Origin: Candidatus Sericytochromatia bacterium | GTDB taxonomy: Bacteria; Cyanobacteriota; Sericytochromatia; UBA7694 | Assembly (NCBI GenBank): GCA_018780035.1 | Contig: JADMKE010000003.1 | Location: 274,753-338,752 of the forward strand | Length of the DNA stretch: 64,000 bases | Direction: 5' to 3' | In this document: one piece after another, positions 38,635-48,296 of the stretch | Position numbering within the stretch: the stretch's first letter is position 1 | Layout of the letters: every line of letters begins with the position of its first letter | Translations under genes and position numbers: made by a program | Notes under the pieces: generated by a model | The model's input: only the letters and a program-made list of their open reading frames with translations | What the model was told of the DNA's origin: nothing | Databases searched by the model: none

Positions 38635-40110
38635 ATGAAACTGAATCAGATTCTGAAAATGGCCGAAAAATTGCGGGCGCGGCCCGATGCCACGGTCAAT
38701 CACGCAGGCGCCCTGGCGTTTAAACCCAGTTCACAGCTTGATCTGTATTTGAGAGCCTGCACCTGCCTGGTAGAAGACCGCTTTTATACCAAAGCCGATC
38801 AGCAATTGACCGAATTGCGTACTGCGATTCAAGCCTGTGAGCGCAGCTATGTGCTCAAATTGGCGAATTATACCCGCAATCAGATGCATCTGCGCACCCT
38901 GCCTATGATTCTCTTGGCTGAAGCCTCTGTAATGTTTAGTGGCGACAGCAAAGAGGCCAAAAATGATGTGCGCAGCTATGTGCCCAAAGTCGTAAAACGG
39001 GCCGATGAACCCGGTGAATTGCTGGCCTATTGGATCCGCCGCGTGGGCGAAGGCAGCAAAGCCAAATTGCCCAATGCCTTAAAAAAAGGCCTGTCGGATG
39101 CCTTGCGCCGCTTTGATGAATACCAATTGGCCAAATACAACCGCGCTGGCGAAGTCAAATTGCGCGATGTGCTGATGCTGACCCATGCCCGGCCTGATAG
39201 CCCTGAGCGCGCAGCCCTCTACAAACGGGTCTTGGAGGACAAATTGGCCACCCCAGAAACCTGGGAAGTGCTGATCTCCACCCAAGGTGCCAGTGCAGAG
39301 ACCTGGAATAAAATCGCGCCCAAAATGGGGATCATGGCTCTGCTGCGCAATTTGCGCAATTTTGAGCAGCACAAGGCTGAAATTGCTTTGGCCCATGCCA
39401 TGAAGGTCTTTCGCGATCCTGAAAAGGTGCGCGAGAGCCAATTGCTGCCTTTTCGCTGGCTGGCTGCTGAGCGCGAAGTCAGTGGCAATGCACTCAAAGA
39501 GGCACTGCGTGAGGCGATGAATCTGTCCTTGGCCAATGTGCCTGTTTGGCAGGGAAAAACCGCTGTCTTTGTGGACCTGAGTGGTTCTATGAGTGGCGCC
39601 CTGTCTGCCCGCAGCAAAGTGATGTATATCGACGTGGCAAGCCTGATGGGGGCCATGGCAACCCGTCTGTCTCAGGGAGAATACCTGGTGGGTGGCTTCG
39701 GCGAAAGCTATCAGGATATTCCTGTCGCCCGCAGCGACAGCGTTTTGAGCAATGCCAATAAAATTCGCAAAACCGACGTGGGGCACAGCACCAACGCCTG
39801 GTTGACGATTCGGGCCTTGCGCAAACGCAAACAGGTCTTTGACCGGGTATTGCTTTTCAGCGATATGCAGTGCTACAGCACCCACTGGGGAAATGAATCT
39901 CTGGTCGAGGAGTGGCAACGCTATCGCAGAGAGGTCAATCCCCAGGCCATTTTGTACTCAGTTGATCTGGCTGGCTATGGCCAAATGCAATTTCCCCAGG
40001 ATGATTCTGGGGTGGTGCAATTGGCAGGTTGGTCAGATCGGGTTCTGGATTTGGTGGCAGCTTTAGAAAGGGGGCAAAGTGTCGTGGATCTGATCGAAGC
40101 TGAGTTTTGA
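38635..40110 (+). CDS. rsr: Ro60/TROVE-domain protein with C-terminal vWA (MIDAS) domain (Rsr ortholog)
   Basis: Start at ATG 38635, preceded by 'gaggtaagcaaa'. About 490 aa. N-terminal 'TVNHAGALAFKP...LANYTRNQMHLRTLPMILLAEA'. C-terminal vWA with MIDAS 'VFVDLSGSMSG ... FSDMQ'. The upstream 150 nt of the track ORF overlap a tRNA-like gene and are not coding. Confidence 0.7.
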   Translation: MKLNQILKMAEKLRARPDATVNHAGALAFKPSSQLDLYLRACTCLVEDRFYTKADQQLTELRTAIQACERSYVLKLANYTRNQMHLRTLPMILLAEASVMFSGDSKEAKNDVRSYVPKVVKRADEPGELLAYWIRRVGEGSKAKLPNALKKGLSDALRRFDEYQLAKYNRAGEVKLRDVLMLTHARPDSPERAALYKRVLEDKLATPETWEVLISTQGASAETWNKIAPKMGIMALLRNLRNFEQHKAEIALAHAMKVFRDPEKVRESQLLPFRWLAAEREVSGNALKEALREAMNLSLANVPVWQGKTAVFVDLSGSMSGALSARSKVMYIDVASLMGAMATRLSQGEYLVGGFGESYQDIPVARSDSVLSNANKIRKTDVGHSTNAWLTIRALRKRKQVFDRVLLFSDMQCYSTHWGNESLVEEWQRYRREVNPQAILYSVDLAGYGQMQFPQDDSGVVQLAGWSDRVLDLVAALERGQSVVDLIEAEF

Positions 40111-40223
40111 TGATCTGACATGACCAGAAACACTGGCCGGGCAGCGCAGAGAAATGTTACTTCACTTGTAATGAAATCTCTCCCATGGAGGGAACAGACA
40201 TTTCTCGCTTTACTCCCGGCTTT

Positions 40224-40612
40224 TTAGCTTTTGGGACGCAAACTGGAGCGCCCCCCATCGATCCCAATCATTTGGCCTGTGATCCAAGCTGCGTCTGGAC
40301 TGAGTAAAAATGCAGCCAATTTGGCAATCTCATCAGGCTGGCCAATCCGTTGCAGGGGGTGCATCTGAGCGATCTGTTCTGAAGGGTTCCCACAGCGTAA
40401 ACCAGTCCACTGAGCTGCTCACCGCAGTCGTGATTGACCCAAACAAGCAGATCGGGGTCTAACACGTCTCCCAAGGTATAACTGGCCTGAAGTGTTTCTG
40501 CCAACGAGCCGAGTTTGAGTGGATCTCGGCCAACCAAATGCAAATCTGTGCCCTGTTGATGTAAGCGTTCGGCCAAACTGCGGCCAATGCCGCCTGTTGC
40601 CCCGTAGATCAC
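40224..40612 (-). pseudogene. Short-chain dehydrogenase/reductase remnant (internally deleted and frameshifted)
   Basis: N-terminal 'MIYGATGGIGRSLAERL' Rossmann motif in one frame. The SDR C-terminal motifs 'RIGQPDEIAKLAAFLLSPDAAWITGQMIGIDGG' lie in another frame about 230 nt downstream. The catalytic S-Y-K core is missing. Confidence 0.45.
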
Positions 40613-40729
40613 AATTTTTGACGAAATGCTCCTTGTTTGTATCGTGCAAAGATACGAGCATTAAACCACCTGTCACAGGTTCTCCACCTGAATCAGGTTC
40701 TCTGTTTGTGTGGAAGGGGTAAAAAAAAT

Positions 40730-41419
40730 CTAGAGCGGCGTTTTCTTCACCTTTTTGACCCACTTACCTTGGACCCATTCCGATGTGGTGGTGACCATCG
40801 TTTTTCCGTCACCGCCGGTGGCATCTTCGATCTCCTCTTTCACAAGAAAAGGGAGCTGGTTTTTGATTGTAAACTCACGGGTAAAATGAAAACAACAGCC
40901 CGATTTTCCGAAGTTAATTAAGCGCTTGTTTTTGTGATCAATTTGAAACATGCCAAGGTATTCACCCCGCGCCAAGCTCGAAAAAGCTGGGCTGTGAATA
41001 AATTTCTGGCTTTTGGTTGAATAAAGATAGACCTGATATGACGGCATGCCATATCCCGATTGGGTGCCATCACAGAGGGCCAAATCTGGCTGTCCATCAA
41101 AATTCACATCCGCTAAATGCAAGCCCGATTGAATATCGTATCCCAGCGTTTGATTCTGCAAGGGCTTTTTATCTGGATTGAGTTGCAAAAGCGTATTTGA
41201 GAAGGAGAACTCTTGAAAAGGGGGCTTTTGGTCTTTGCGGAAGAGTTGAAAAGTGACCTTGCCACGGCAATACCCCCCCTCACATTCCTCCACCGCAATC
41301 TTAACTGAATATTGCGGTGAGAGTTCTGTTTGCATTTCGATCTGCGCGCCTGCAGTAAACGGAAAAAACAAAACCGTGAATAAGGGAGCAAGCCAAGTTG
41401 CCGTTGTGCTCTTTTTCAT
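40730..41419 (-). CDS. Secreted hypothetical protein
   Basis: Signal peptide 'MKKSTTATWLAPLFTVLFFPFTAGA'. 229 aa. Confidence 0.45.
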   Translation of the reverse strand: MKKSTTATWLAPLFTVLFFPFTAGAQIEMQTELSPQYSVKIAVEECEGGYCRGKVTFQLFRKDQKPPFQEFSFSNTLLQLNPDKKPLQNQTLGYDIQSGLHLADVNFDGQPDLALCDGTQSGYGMPSYQVYLYSTKSQKFIHSPAFSSLARGEYLGMFQIDHKNKRLINFGKSGCCFHFTREFTIKNQLPFLVKEEIEDATGGDGKTMVTTTSEWVQGKWVKKVKKTPL

Positions 41420-42054
41420 AAAGCGGAATCCTGTGACTTTGGATTGGCAAGCGATTCAACCACAGATTCAGACTCAACCTCTTCACTGGCTTCGGTTTGG
41501 GGAGAGAGTCCAGGTGTTTTATTCCGCTCTGAACTCACTTCTGGTGTGGGTGAAGCAGACTCTTTGGGTTCGAGAAACGCCATTAAAACAAAGAGACCGA
41601 TGGCCACATCGACAGCGATATCTGCCACGTTAAAGACGGGCCAAATGTTTTGACCTTGCCATTGGAGATCTAAAAAATCTATGACATAGCCACGAAAAAG
41701 CCGATCATACATATTTCCAACAGCGCCACCCATTAAAAATCCCAGTGTCACAAACGGCAAAAGACCAGCGTTTTTAGGCTGTTGCCAAACAAACCAACAG
41801 ATACCAATGGCAACACTTAATGAAACCAAACCAAGTAGAAAAGCATGATCTTGGAAAATACCAAACAAACTACCCGTATTCCGAAGATAGGTAAACGATA
41901 AAAAAGGCAAAACAGGTTTTGAATAGTAAGTTTTTTCAGCAAAATCCCGAAACGGGTATTTGGTCGCTTGATCCAGGGCAAAAATAATCAGCGAGAGCAC
42001 CAGAAAAAACCAGCGCTTGGCAGCTAAAGAACGCAACACAGGAGGGCCTCTCAA
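41416..42054 (-). CDS. lspA: Lipoprotein signal peptidase (signal peptidase II) with acidic/Ser-rich C-terminal tail
   Basis: Four TM helices. Motifs 'NTGSLFG', 'FNVADIAVDVAIGL', 'GYVIDFLD'. Confidence 0.7.
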   Translation of the reverse strand: MRGPPVLRSLAAKRWFFLVLSLIIFALDQATKYPFRDFAEKTYYSKPVLPFLSFTYLRNTGSLFGIFQDHAFLLGLVSLSVAIGICWFVWQQPKNAGLLPFVTLGFLMGGAVGNMYDRLFRGYVIDFLDLQWQGQNIWPVFNVADIAVDVAIGLFVLMAFLEPKESASPTPEVSSERNKTPGLSPQTEASEEVESESVVESLANPKSQDSAL

Positions 42055-42121
42055 TCATGCCCCCAAAGGGGGAGTCATTTTCTGTCGATTAAGTATAACA
42101 GATTCAGCTGTTTACAGGGGT

Positions 42122-43774
42122 TTAGAGCAATTCGGGCAGGTTGGCTGGGGTATCGACCCAAAACTCCAACACCAGGGTTTTCTTTTCCCAGGGAGCCAAG
42201 CTGAGTTGCCATTTGATCACGCCATTGTCTTCGATTTTGGTGGGTTTGGGTGTGGTCTCTACCAGCTTGACCTTGATGCGCTCGTCTTTGCTGATCGGAA
42301 TCTGGTCAAAGACATTTACTGTCTGGGTGTCTTTGCTAAAATTGCTGACTTCCATTTGATAAGCCAGTTTTTTGCGCCGGGTCTCCCGCAGCACCCCTTC
42401 GAGGCTCTCTTCGTTTTTGCTCTGTTTGTGCCCGACTTTGATATTGCTGTCGACGCCAAAGGGAATCATGCCCTGCTCATTTTGCAAGAGCAGTGGCAAA
42501 CCTGATTTGCCGGTAAAATCCTCGTTGATATACGTGCGCACGGGGCCGGCCAAATAGGGCATTCCGCCCACATTTTTAAAGCGGATCTTGAGAAAGGCCT
42601 CTTTCGAAAATTTGGGAAAGACGTCGTATTCCGATTCGTATTCAAAATAGCGGGTGGCAATGGCCACCCGGCGGGACTGGCCGGAGCTTTCGATGCTTAC
42701 GGGCTGGGGAATTTTATAGACTATCGAAACGCCTTTGTCCACAACCTCGGATTGGGCAAAATTGACCGAGCGCTCTTGGGACACAGCACTGCCCAAAGGC
42801 AATAGATTTTCGAGTTGGTAAAGGGCTTGACGATCACGGGGAGCTGCAGGGGCGACTTTGCTATCTGGACGGCCCAGATCATACGACAAATGCCAGGGGT
42901 TGACCACCGGCAGAGTCAGATAGGCCAAAGCATTGGATGTTGAAAGAGCGAGTTCGGCATTGACCCAATTTTCTTGGGTCTGCTGGCGGATATCGCCAAA
43001 ATAACTCAGGCGTAATTTTTGCTTCTCTGTGTCGAGACGGGCTTCATAGGCCGATCCCCAGCTCACACCAGGCACGAGATAGGTCAAATTGAGATCCAGG
43101 CTGCCTGTCGACTCAACCGAGATATAGACCACGCCCGACTGCTTGCGCTGTTGGTTTTTGGTTTGTAATTTGCGGATCTCGGCCTCTGTTTCGACCCGCA
43201 TTTTCTCCAATTGGGCTGTTTTTTGGGACAGCTGGCGTTCGCTGGTCAGAATTTCCTGATGGTGTTTAAGCAAAAAGCTGTTGAGGTCTTCCCAGTCTTT
43301 CAGTTTGATCTGGTAATAGGCCAATTGTTTGCGGATTTTTTCGTCCGAGACCGAACCGACCGTGCTTAAAAATTGGCGGTGTTCGCGGTTGAGGGCCTGT
43401 TGGTCTTGAATTTCGCGCTTTTGCTCTGCGATTTTTTCGAGTTGGGCTTCCAGGCGCTTGAGTTCGGGGTTTTCGGGTTGTTTGTCCAGTGGCCGCACTT
43501 CGACATGGTGAATCAGGGCTTTGGCCGTGCCCTGGCCGGTGACTGTGAGTGAGTCGGCAATTAAATCGACGGGCAAATCGTTCACAATGACCTGGTGAGG
43601 CCCTGGAGCCAGGGTTGCGAGGCTCAAGGAGCGGGTGACCATGGCTTGGTTGTTGTAGGCCACCACTTTGCGGGTGTGGCTCTGGGCATAAAGGGTGCTT
43701 TCGGCCATAGCAGGCAAAGCCAAAGCAAACGCGCAGGCGGAAACGACAAACGAGAGACTGAGTAAGCTTTTCAT
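42122..43774 (-). CDS. Secreted DUF4139-like (mucoidy-inhibitor MuiA-like) protein with central coiled coil
   Basis: Signal peptide, then a long coiled coil ('LEAQLEKIAEQKREIQDQQALNRE...'). The family call rests on 550-aa size and N-/C-terminal beta-rich domain layout only. Confidence 0.4.
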   Translation of the reverse strand: MKSLLSLSFVVSACAFALALPAMAESTLYAQSHTRKVVAYNNQAMVTRSLSLATLAPGPHQVIVNDLPVDLIADSLTVTGQGTAKALIHHVEVRPLDKQPENPELKRLEAQLEKIAEQKREIQDQQALNREHRQFLSTVGSVSDEKIRKQLAYYQIKLKDWEDLNSFLLKHHQEILTSERQLSQKTAQLEKMRVETEAEIRKLQTKNQQRKQSGVVYISVESTGSLDLNLTYLVPGVSWGSAYEARLDTEKQKLRLSYFGDIRQQTQENWVNAELALSTSNALAYLTLPVVNPWHLSYDLGRPDSKVAPAAPRDRQALYQLENLLPLGSAVSQERSVNFAQSEVVDKGVSIVYKIPQPVSIESSGQSRRVAIATRYFEYESEYDVFPKFSKEAFLKIRFKNVGGMPYLAGPVRTYINEDFTGKSGLPLLLQNEQGMIPFGVDSNIKVGHKQSKNEESLEGVLRETRRKKLAYQMEVSNFSKDTQTVNVFDQIPISKDERIKVKLVETTPKPTKIEDNGVIKWQLSLAPWEKKTLVLEFWVDTPANLPELL

Positions 43775-43839
43775 TGGTAGACCTCATGTTTATACTGATT
43801 GTGACTGATTAAAAGTTTGCAGTACAGGAAACAAAACCC

Positions 43840-44178
43840 ATGCAGGTATTTTTTGTCTCAATTCGCACAGCTATCATTTATGGACCCTGTGAGCTGATCG
43901 AAGTGTTCAGTCCCGATCCGGGGATTGCGATCATGACCTGCCAGTGGCCTTATGATTATACCTTTGGTGAGTGGGAAGGGTATGCTGTGGTCGTGCCCGA
44001 ACGGGAACAGGTTTGGGGCAATGCCAAACCCGAACTCTCTGATGGCGAATTGCGGGCGCGATTTGAATTTACACCGATGGCGATCCCCGCCAGTGATCGC
44101 AAATTATTCCCCAAATATGAAGCCAAAACAGACGACTCACCTGAACAAGAGGGTGTCGATTTTTCTTTTAAAATTTAA
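43840..44178 (+). CDS. Hypothetical protein
   Basis: 112-aa ORF. The start could be the internal 'MTCQWPYDY'. Confidence 0.3.
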   Translation: MQVFFVSIRTAIIYGPCELIEVFSPDPGIAIMTCQWPYDYTFGEWEGYAVVVPEREQVWGNAKPELSDGELRARFEFTPMAIPASDRKLFPKYEAKTDDSPEQEGVDFSFKI

Positions 44179-44274
44179 ACTCAGAGAAAATATTTCAGAA
44201 CTTTGACAAGATCTTAACGGTCACTCCTATAATTAAGATAAGATTAAATTCGTTTTAATTTTTGGAGAAACTTA

Positions 44275-46464
44275 ATGATTCAAGCCGTCACCCCCAACCG
44301 TCCCGTCAGCCTGACTATGCCCCTTGCCAACCCTGTGCAAGTTGCGGCTTCCCAGAGCATTGCCAGCCCCAAAGCAGCCACAGACACTCTCAAACTCACC
44401 GCCAGCAAAGGTTTTTCTGAAGCCGAAGCCCGTGCCACCCTTGAAGCCATCGAAAAACAATATGGCAGTTTCCGCAAACCGGCTTTTTTCAGCAGCCCCA
44501 AAATTGATATCAACGAAGCCCTGGCTCGGCTCAAAGACGGCAAAGATATTACCGTGACCTTTAAAGTACAGGGCCGCGAAGTGCGCGACAGTTTTGATAG
44601 CTTTGATGAATTGATGCTTTTTGACGACCTGCAAGGTGCCAAAAAAGACCATGGCGTGGCCAAACCTGAATTGCGCCTGCCCCTGCTTTTTCTTGAGGGC
44701 AAAAAACTTGAAGCCTATAACAGCAATAACGACAATGGTCCCGAGTACCTCTCGCTCTTTGGCGCCTACGATGATCTCAAACGCGATTGGCGCATTGTGG
44801 TAGAGGGCAAAGACGTCAAACCCAAAGATTTGGCCAGTTATGTCGTCAGCAAAGGCTGGACGGCTTCCAAAGACGCCAACCTTGCCACCTTGGGCCGCTT
44901 TCGCCAATTGCCTGATGCAGGCTGGCAGGTCAATGGCCAAAACGTCAATCGTGATACGGCTTATCTGGCCTTTTTGACAGGGACCGGCCGGATTCAATTG
45001 GGAGGCATGGAAGTTGCCAATGCCAAAGATTTTGACCTGCTTATGAATCTGGTTGCCAATGAAGCCAATGGTGCGGTGGATGCTGACCTGCGCAGCCGTC
45101 TGACCAGCCTGAAACTGGATCAATTTAACTCTCCCGGCATCAACAATTATTACACCGTTTTTAAACACCTCAGCAATGGCCAGGCCCTCTCTTACCAGGG
45201 CAGCACGATTGGTAATTTAGATGAAGTCTTTGTCTACGACGCTTTAGTTGGCAGCCAAAAACCTGCGGCCCAATTGCCCGCCGAGCTGCAAAATGCCCTG
45301 CTTTATTTGGGTCAAGACAAAGGGCTCAACACCCGCAATGCTTACGAAGCCTGGCAAAAACTCCGGGCCGGAGAAACCGTGGTCTATACCTTTGCGGGCG
45401 GCCCAACCGGCGAAGGCTTTCGCTTAACAGCCAACTCCCTCGACAGCGCCGTGGCCCTGAAAAAACAAGTGGTTGCCCAGCGTGAGCGCGATCAGTATCG
45501 CCCAGACTTAAAAGAAGCCAAAGGGATCTTTTCTGATCGTCTCTCACTCTTTGACCAACCCCTGGCTCAGAACCTGGAGCGCACCCGCCAAGCTGCTGAG
45601 CGCGCCCGCCAAGACATCCCTGTGCAAGAATCCCGCCGCGACCAAGCCCAACGGGATGCCGACAGCATCCGCCCCGTGCGTGACCGCGCTTACCAAGAGT
45701 TCCGCGACGCTGAAAATACCTTTGAGCGCGCCAATAGCCGCTACCAGAGCGACAAACGCAGTTACGATTGGGAAAAAGACAAATACGACCGCTTGGCCCG
45801 CGATTATGAGCACAGCCAACGCAATTATGAGCGCGCCTTGTCTTCTGCCCGCCAATACGAAAATCTGGCCCGCCAGGAAGATGGCAAAGTCACTTCTGAT
45901 CCCCAGAATGCCGAAGCTCATCGCCGCCAAGCGGCCCAATACCGCAGCCAGGCCCAAGGCCAGCAGAACGAAGCCAACCGTGAATACGGCAATATGCAGC
46001 GCTACCGCTCGGATATGGATCGTCAACGTTGGGATCTCGACCGCGCTGAACGTCAGATGAATCAGTCCCGCCAGGTCTATTGGGATGCCAAAGGCCAGAT
46101 GGACGGCAAGAAAAACGAATACCAACGCCAAGAGGGCATGTTAAACGAAGCCACAGGTCGCCGCGATCAGGCCGAGCGTATGTTAAATTTGGCCAAACGC
46201 ACCTTGGCTGAATCTGATCTGATCGAAAAATTGACGGTGGACGCCCAAAGTGCCCTGCGCAACCTCAAGCAATCCCTGCCGAATCTGAAAAACTATGATG
46301 ATTACACGGCTCAGCGCAGCCAGATTCATTCCCAGGCCCAGTTGCTGCGCGAAGTGCTCAACAATCCCACTTATACCAGCGTGCATGGCAATGGCTTGAA
46401 CAGCCAATACGCCCCCTTGTTGACCTTGCTGAACAATATGGACAAACCCGCGCTGCGCAAATAG
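44275..46464 (+). CDS. Large hypothetical protein with R/Q/D/E/Y-rich low-complexity coiled-coil C-terminal half
   Basis: 729 aa. The C-terminal ~300 aa read 'RDQAQRDADSIRPVRDRAYQEFRDAENTFERANSRYQSDKRSYDWEKDKYDRLARDYEHSQRNYERAL...'. Confidence 0.5.
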   Translation: MIQAVTPNRPVSLTMPLANPVQVAASQSIASPKAATDTLKLTASKGFSEAEARATLEAIEKQYGSFRKPAFFSSPKIDINEALARLKDGKDITVTFKVQGREVRDSFDSFDELMLFDDLQGAKKDHGVAKPELRLPLLFLEGKKLEAYNSNNDNGPEYLSLFGAYDDLKRDWRIVVEGKDVKPKDLASYVVSKGWTASKDANLATLGRFRQLPDAGWQVNGQNVNRDTAYLAFLTGTGRIQLGGMEVANAKDFDLLMNLVANEANGAVDADLRSRLTSLKLDQFNSPGINNYYTVFKHLSNGQALSYQGSTIGNLDEVFVYDALVGSQKPAAQLPAELQNALLYLGQDKGLNTRNAYEAWQKLRAGETVVYTFAGGPTGEGFRLTANSLDSAVALKKQVVAQRERDQYRPDLKEAKGIFSDRLSLFDQPLAQNLERTRQAAERARQDIPVQESRRDQAQRDADSIRPVRDRAYQEFRDAENTFERANSRYQSDKRSYDWEKDKYDRLARDYEHSQRNYERALSSARQYENLARQEDGKVTSDPQNAEAHRRQAAQYRSQAQGQQNEANREYGNMQRYRSDMDRQRWDLDRAERQMNQSRQVYWDAKGQMDGKKNEYQRQEGMLNEATGRRDQAERMLNLAKRTLAESDLIEKLTVDAQSALRNLKQSLPNLKNYDDYTAQRSQIHSQAQLLREVLNNPTYTSVHGNGLNSQYAPLLTLLNNMDKPALRK

Positions 46465-46495
46465 TTCCAAAACGAGACTCAATCAAGCTGAAAAC

Positions 46496-46525
46496 AAAAG
46501 CCCCGGATTTTTTCCGGGGCTTTTT
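46496..46525. terminator. Bidirectional Rho-independent terminator between convergent genes
   Basis: gccccgga-ttttt-tccggggc flanked by an A-run 5' and a T-run 3'. Confidence 0.6.
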
Positions 46526-46541
46526 AAATAGGCTTTCAATT

Positions 46542-47165
46542 TTAGCGGCGTTTGAGCTTCAGATCATTGAGCAGGCCTGCAAATTCATTGCGGGTCAAAA
46601 GCCCATCTTGGTTTTTGTCGTGGTTGCGAAAGGAGTCCTGATTGCCTTGGTTCACGACATAGCCTCCGGCAAAGGCCTCGTTGTAGTTCAAAAAACCATC
46701 TTGGCTGGTATCAAGGGCTTTAAAATTGGCATCAACGAGATCTCCCACAATCCGTTTGAACTCACCAAAACTGATCTCCTGATTGGCATTGCTATCAACA
46801 TCTTGGAAACTCTTGGCAATCAGGCTGCTGACAGCTGTAAATTCTTGGGTGTCGAGGCTATTGGTTTTATTCGCATCATAGGCCTGCATATATTCTTTGG
46901 CATAGTGAGAAATGGTGCCCAATCCCACCCAGTCAGCCATGCGGCCAAAGGCATTGCCAATTCCGTTCATCATGCGTTTCATGCCTGTGGCTTGTTGATT
47001 GGGATCGGGGGTGTCTGAGGCCCCTGTTTGCTTGGCTGCGATAAAGGTATCAGAGGAATATGCGCTGACACTGTGTGAAGGATAGGCTGAAACAGTCGCC
47101 GATTGTGCGGGGGCATAAGCATAAAGGGGTGTGACGTAGCTGGAGCCTGAGATTGAGTTAACCAT
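46542..47165 (-). CDS. EF-hand calcium-binding protein
   Basis: Four EF-hand-like loops: 'DANKTNSLDTQE', 'DSNANQEISFGE', 'DTSQDGFLNYNE', 'DKNQDGLLTRNE'. S/Y/A-rich N-terminal region. Confidence 0.6.
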   Translation of the reverse strand: MVNSISGSSYVTPLYAYAPAQSATVSAYPSHSVSAYSSDTFIAAKQTGASDTPDPNQQATGMKRMMNGIGNAFGRMADWVGLGTISHYAKEYMQAYDANKTNSLDTQEFTAVSSLIAKSFQDVDSNANQEISFGEFKRIVGDLVDANFKALDTSQDGFLNYNEAFAGGYVVNQGNQDSFRNHDKNQDGLLTRNEFAGLLNDLKLKRR

Positions 47166-47335
47166 TTCTTTTCCCTACCTTTAACTAGATATTAATTCTA
47201 TCGGGCAGAGTGATAAATAAATTCTTAACCTTTAATCATGAAAAAATTAAATTTATATTAACTTATTGTCAATTTGAATGTAAAGAAATATGAATATTGA
47301 AAATCCCTGAAGTGTTAAATCATCGTCAGGCTTTT

Positions 47336-48238
47336 TTAATAAATGAGCAATGCCTGCCGCTGTTTAAACTGAATTTCAGTTTGCTGCACTTTGAGCAACA
47401 TGGCTTCCATCTTTTCCAAGCCTTGCTCCAATTGCCACAAAGTCAGCTTCAGTCGGGGCTTTTCTGCTGCTGAAGCCTGTTTAAACTTGTCCTGAATTTT
47501 GCCAAGCTGGGTTTTCTGGTCTGCGATGCGCTTTTGTAAGTCCGTGATTTCTGCGCTGAAAAAATAGGTTCTGACCAAGGTGAGAGGAAATACTTTCTTA
47601 ACTGGATGGGGATGTGCAAGCAAGCGTTGATAGGCTTTGACCATGGTTTGGGTGTGTTTGTACCTGCGTTTGATATGATCTTGTTCCTGGGCACTGAGAC
47701 CTGCTTTTTGGTAGTCCAGTTTGAGCGTTTCCAGAGCCACCCGCTGATCTATCAGTCCGATTTGATTTTGCAATTCATTTTTCAAAGCTATGATGGTGCG
47801 GTGTTGCCGAGTTGCCAGGATCAGCAGATCACGATAGGCCTGTGGGGCTTTTTGTTTGAGTTCACCTTCCAAAAGCCATTCATTGCCGCTCCAAAATGCA
47901 GGGTAGACATAGGTGACCGTTTCAAAACCACTGAGTTTGATGATCGCTCCATTGGGCATGCCCGTGACGCCCCTTTCCAAATCGTTGACAAACCAGCGCA
48001 CTGATTTGATATTTTGCTGTTGTTTGGGAGGGCCTTTGACCCGTTCCACTTTCCCATTTTGCCAGGTCACAACCCACCAATTGTCTCCCAATTTTTGCGG
48101 GTTCTTTTCTGATAATTTTTCGATCCAGGCAGATTCAATATCTGGTGGGCGAAGGACGTTTGTCTGTGTGGGTTTTGCCTGTGTCGGTTTTGCTGCCAAA
48201 AGCATCAGCAAGATGAATAGGCTAACTTTGCTTGCCAT
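47336..48238 (-). CDS. Secreted hypothetical protein
   Basis: Signal peptide 'MASKVSLFILLMLLAAKPTQA', coiled-coil C-terminus. Confidence 0.4.
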   Translation of the reverse strand: MASKVSLFILLMLLAAKPTQAKPTQTNVLRPPDIESAWIEKLSEKNPQKLGDNWWVVTWQNGKVERVKGPPKQQQNIKSVRWFVNDLERGVTGMPNGAIIKLSGFETVTYVYPAFWSGNEWLLEGELKQKAPQAYRDLLILATRQHRTIIALKNELQNQIGLIDQRVALETLKLDYQKAGLSAQEQDHIKRRYKHTQTMVKAYQRLLAHPHPVKKVFPLTLVRTYFFSAEITDLQKRIADQKTQLGKIQDKFKQASAAEKPRLKLTLWQLEQGLEKMEAMLLKVQQTEIQFKQRQALLIY

Positions 48239-48296
48239 AATTTATCCTTGGTGTTTTCTCAAAAATACCAAAATTCTGAGTGCATGTTTTTAAATC

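Noticed and set aside
39079-39918. 279-aa ORF antisense to rsr
   Set aside because: It is embedded opposite the TROVE/vWA gene and has no motifs.
44272-46131. Minus-strand ORFs 44272..45168 and 45544..46131
   Set aside because: They mirror the biased codon composition of the 729-aa R/Q-rich gene. The + strand gene has the coherent N-terminal domain and a terminator.
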